This document shows, piece by piece, positions 61,516 to 64,000 of a stretch of DNA of 64,000 bases; within the stretch, counting starts at the first letter, position 1; each line of letters starts with the position of its first letter. The DNA is from an uncultured Chloroflexia bacterium (GTDB lineage Bacteria; Chloroflexota; Anaerolineae; Anaerolineales; E44-bin32). The position numbers and the translations under genes were made by a program. The notes beneath the pieces are model-generated. The model was not told the origin of the DNA. It did no database searches and saw only the letters and a list, made by a program, of their open reading frames with translations. The DNA is taken from positions 999,210 through 1,063,209 of the forward strand of contig CAVSID010000001.1 in NCBI GenBank assembly GCA_963727915.1, given 5' to 3'.

Positions 61516-62640
61516 ATGACAGACCCCAGAGTGGATCGACACGCGCAAGTGCTGGTGGACTACTGCGTCAAGGTAGCCCCAGGCGACCGCGTGCTCATCG
61601 AGGCCGAGCCCACCGCCGAGCCCCTGGTGCGGGCGGCATTTGAGAAGATCCTCAAAGCCGGGGGTCACCCCTTGCTGGGGGTCTCGCTTGCCGGGATGCA
61701 GACCTACTCGGGGATCGACGACGTGTTCATGGCTCACGCCAATGAAGACCAACTCAATTTCGTGCCACCCTTCTTGCTGGATGCCTATCAGCACTTCGAA
61801 GGGCGAATTCGGATCCACTCGCAGGTCAACACCCGTGCGTTGACGCATGCCGACCCTAAGCGGATGGCCAAGAGGCTGGCGGCAGTCAAACCCATCTTGA
61901 CGGCCCAATTCAGTCGAGGGGGATCTGGTGAGTTCAAGTGGGTAACCACACTTCATCCTACGGAGGCCTACGCGCAGGATGCCGAACTGAGCTTGCCCGA
62001 ATACGAGGACTTCGTCTATCAGGCATGCCACGTCGCCGGCGACGACGACCCCGTTTCCTACTGGATCGGTGTTCAGAAAGAACAGCAGAAGGCAATCCAA
62101 ATCATTGAGGGGCATGATGTGGTCCATCTCCAGGGGCCGAATTGCGACCTGCGCCTCTCTATCAAGGACCGCACGTTCAAGAACGCCGACGGCACATGCA
62201 ACATGCCTGATGGCGAGATCTACACCGGTCCGGTGGAAGAATTGGTTGAAGGTTGGGTGAATTTCACCTACCCGGCCATCCGCCTCGGCAACGAGGTCAA
62301 CGGAATCAAACTCAAGTTCGAGGCCGGCAAGGTGGTGGAGGCGTCTGCAGTCAAGAACCAGGCGTTTCTTGAGGAGACCATCAATACCGACTCAGGGGCA
62401 CGCTATGTCGGCGAGTTCGCCATCGGCACCAACTACGGCATCAAGCGTCACACGGGAAACATCCTGTTCGATGAGAAGATCGGGGGCAGTTTCCATATGG
62501 CGCTTGGCTCCGGGTATCCCGAAACTGGGAGCAAGAACGACAGCGCTATCCACTGGGACATGATTTGTGACATGAAAGTGGACTCGCTCATTTCTGTCGA
62601 CGGTGACGTGATTTACAAGGATGGGCGCTTCACCTTCTAG
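61516..62640 (+). CDS. M29 family aminopeptidase (AmpS/PepS-like)
   Basis: DPRVDRHAQVLVDY, NMPDGEIYTGP, GARYVGEFAIG, NILFDEKIGGSFHMALG...SAIHWDM. Confidence 0.93.
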   Translation: MTDPRVDRHAQVLVDYCVKVAPGDRVLIEAEPTAEPLVRAAFEKILKAGGHPLLGVSLAGMQTYSGIDDVFMAHANEDQLNFVPPFLLDAYQHFEGRIRIHSQVNTRALTHADPKRMAKRLAAVKPILTAQFSRGGSGEFKWVTTLHPTEAYAQDAELSLPEYEDFVYQACHVAGDDDPVSYWIGVQKEQQKAIQIIEGHDVVHLQGPNCDLRLSIKDRTFKNADGTCNMPDGEIYTGPVEELVEGWVNFTYPAIRLGNEVNGIKLKFEAGKVVEASAVKNQAFLEETINTDSGARYVGEFAIGTNYGIKRHTGNILFDEKIGGSFHMALGSGYPETGSKNDSAIHWDMICDMKVDSLISVDGDVIYKDGRFTF

Positions 62641-62641
62641 G

Positions 62642-64000
62642 ATGGGAAAGCCGCCCTTGTTGCATCGCCTGCGTAGGCCGCCCTGGATCCTGTTGGGTTT
62701 GATCGGGCTGGCGGTCGTGTCAGCCGCCTGTGGACAAGAAAGGGCAGGTCCCACGCCCACGGTGTCCACCGAACCTGCCCGGAGCATCAGTCCCACGCCG
62801 CCTCCGTCGGCCACACCCTACAGCACCCCAACCAGCATTCCCCCGTCTTCTGCCGGCCAGCGTACACCGCTGCCCCTGCCTACCGAGACCTCCCGTTTCT
62901 TTGCCGGAAGCGGCGTGTGCAGCAGCTGCCACCGTGATCAGAGCGACAGCGCCGGGCAGGACGTCTCCATCGACCGCCAATGGGCGGTTTCCAGCATGGC
63001 CAATTCGGCGCGGAACCCATTCTGGCAGGCGGCCCTCAGCGCCGAGATCATCTCCGGGCCCGATCAGACTCAGAACGTTCAAGCCTTTTGCAGCACCTGC
63101 CATATGCCGATGGCCAAGTACACGTCCAACGTATTCAGCACGCCGGCCAAGGTTCTGGGAGACGGCTTCGTCAATCCAGAAAACCCGCTTCACGACCTGG
63201 CGATGGACGGAGTCTCTTGCAGCCTGTGCCATCAGATCGGCCAGAATGGTCTGGGAACTGAAGACAGCTTCAGCGGGGGGTTCGTCATCGATGCGGAGGC
63301 GCCACCCGGCTCACGGCCTGCGTTTGGTCTCTACGCTACGGAACCCGATCTGGCGGACGTGATGGGTCGCGGATCAGGCTTCGTGCCGATCAAATCCGAC
63401 CACATCGGCCAGTCCGAGCTGTGTGCAACATGTCATGAGGTGAGGTTGCAGTTGCAGGGGACGCCCAGTCAAACGTCGTCCTTCGCTCTCCAAGCGACCT
63501 ACCTAGAGTGGCTGCAAAGTGACTCTCGCTACTCTCAGAACTGCCAGGATTGTCACATGCCGGAAGTGCCGACGGGTGCCTACGTGGCCACGCAGAGCAG
63601 GCAGCCCCGGAGCCCCTTCCGGCAGCACAGCTTCCTGGGCGGCAATTTGAATCTGCTGGACATCCTTGGCCGCTTTGGGGCCGAGCTGGACGCGGGATAT
63701 CTCCAGGACAGCATTCCGGCTGCCCAGGCGGCCGAAAGCACCTTCATGCAAACGCAGACGGCGGATGTGAGCATCATCTCGGTGCGCCAAGTCGGCGCTC
63801 GGCTGGAGGTCACGGTCGACATCCGGGTGAAAACTGGGCACAAGTTCCCCACCGGTTTTCCGTCGCGCAGAGCATGGCTCCATTTCAAGGTCCAGGATGC
63901 TTCAGGTGAAATTGTCTTCGAGTCAGGGGCCGTCTCCGCAGACGGCGTGATCGAGGGCGACGATCAGGCGCAAGGTGACGGCCAATTCGAGCCTCATTAT
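62642..64000 (+). CDS. Multiheme c-type cytochrome lipoprotein (at least 5 hemes; 3' end outside window)
   Basis: Open frame from ATG 62642, absent from the ORF track because no stop falls in the window. Lipobox SAAC, Pro/Thr linker, CSSCH, CSTCH, CSLCH, CATCH, CQDCH, TGHKFPTGFPSRRAWL. Confidence 0.85.
   Translation, partial: MGKPPLLHRLRRPPWILLGLIGLAVVSAACGQERAGPTPTVSTEPARSISPTPPPSATPYSTPTSIPPSSAGQRTPLPLPTETSRFFAGSGVCSSCHRDQSDSAGQDVSIDRQWAVSSMANSARNPFWQAALSAEIISGPDQTQNVQAFCSTCHMPMAKYTSNVFSTPAKVLGDGFVNPENPLHDLAMDGVSCSLCHQIGQNGLGTEDSFSGGFVIDAEAPPGSRPAFGLYATEPDLADVMGRGSGFVPIKSDHIGQSELCATCHEVRLQLQGTPSQTSSFALQATYLEWLQSDSRYSQNCQDCHMPEVPTGAYVATQSRQPRSPFRQHSFLGGNLNLLDILGRFGAELDAGYLQDSIPAAQAAESTFMQTQTADVSIISVRQVGARLEVTVDIRVKTGHKFPTGFPSRRAWLHFKVQDASGEIVFESGAVSADGVIEGDDQAQGDGQFEPHY

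Noticed and set aside
1-64000. Numerous frameshifts (ccmF, mutS2, pyrC, pyrB, pyrD, selA, rplI, moaA, ClC, cytochromes) as pseudogenes or programmed frameshifting
   Set aside because: They hit housekeeping and accessory genes alike as single-base indels, without accumulated in-frame stops or conserved slippery sites. Uncorrected long-read errors are the simplest explanation.

Overview
High-GC bacterial chromosomal window. Gene content and style suggest Chloroflexota (Anaerolineae-like); this is an inference. The sequence carries many single-base indels that break even housekeeping genes, so most long genes are split across frames. Positions 1-13.3 kb hold a minus-strand respiratory island with about 38 heme-c motifs: a nonaheme cytochrome plus cytochrome b pair (split CbcL-like), an extended 9-heme NapC/NirT-type protein, a Rieske/cytochrome b complex whose subunit IV is fused to 7 heme-c motifs, a heme-c-containing NarX-like sensor kinase with a NarL-type regulator, and a decaheme lipoprotein made of two tandem pentaheme units. 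A complete ccm (system I) operon with two extra CcmI-like genes is transcribed divergently (13.6-22.2 kb). The rest is housekeeping: E1 alpha-beta fusion, mutS2, sixA, tag, a pyr operon with an attenuator-like leader and pyrF-pyrE fusion, tsaD, selA, ABC-F, LCP, split NAD synthetase, NfeD/SPFH, rplI, rodZ, moaA, ClC, an aminopeptidase and a further pentaheme lipoprotein running off the right end. Non-coding highlights are a dispersed TTGTGA-N6-TCACAA palindrome found mostly outside promoters, a GAC-N4-GTC-type motif in the cytochrome promoters, and a uORF/terminator leader before a small SWIM-finger gene. No CRISPR array, rRNA, tRNA or mobile element was recognised.
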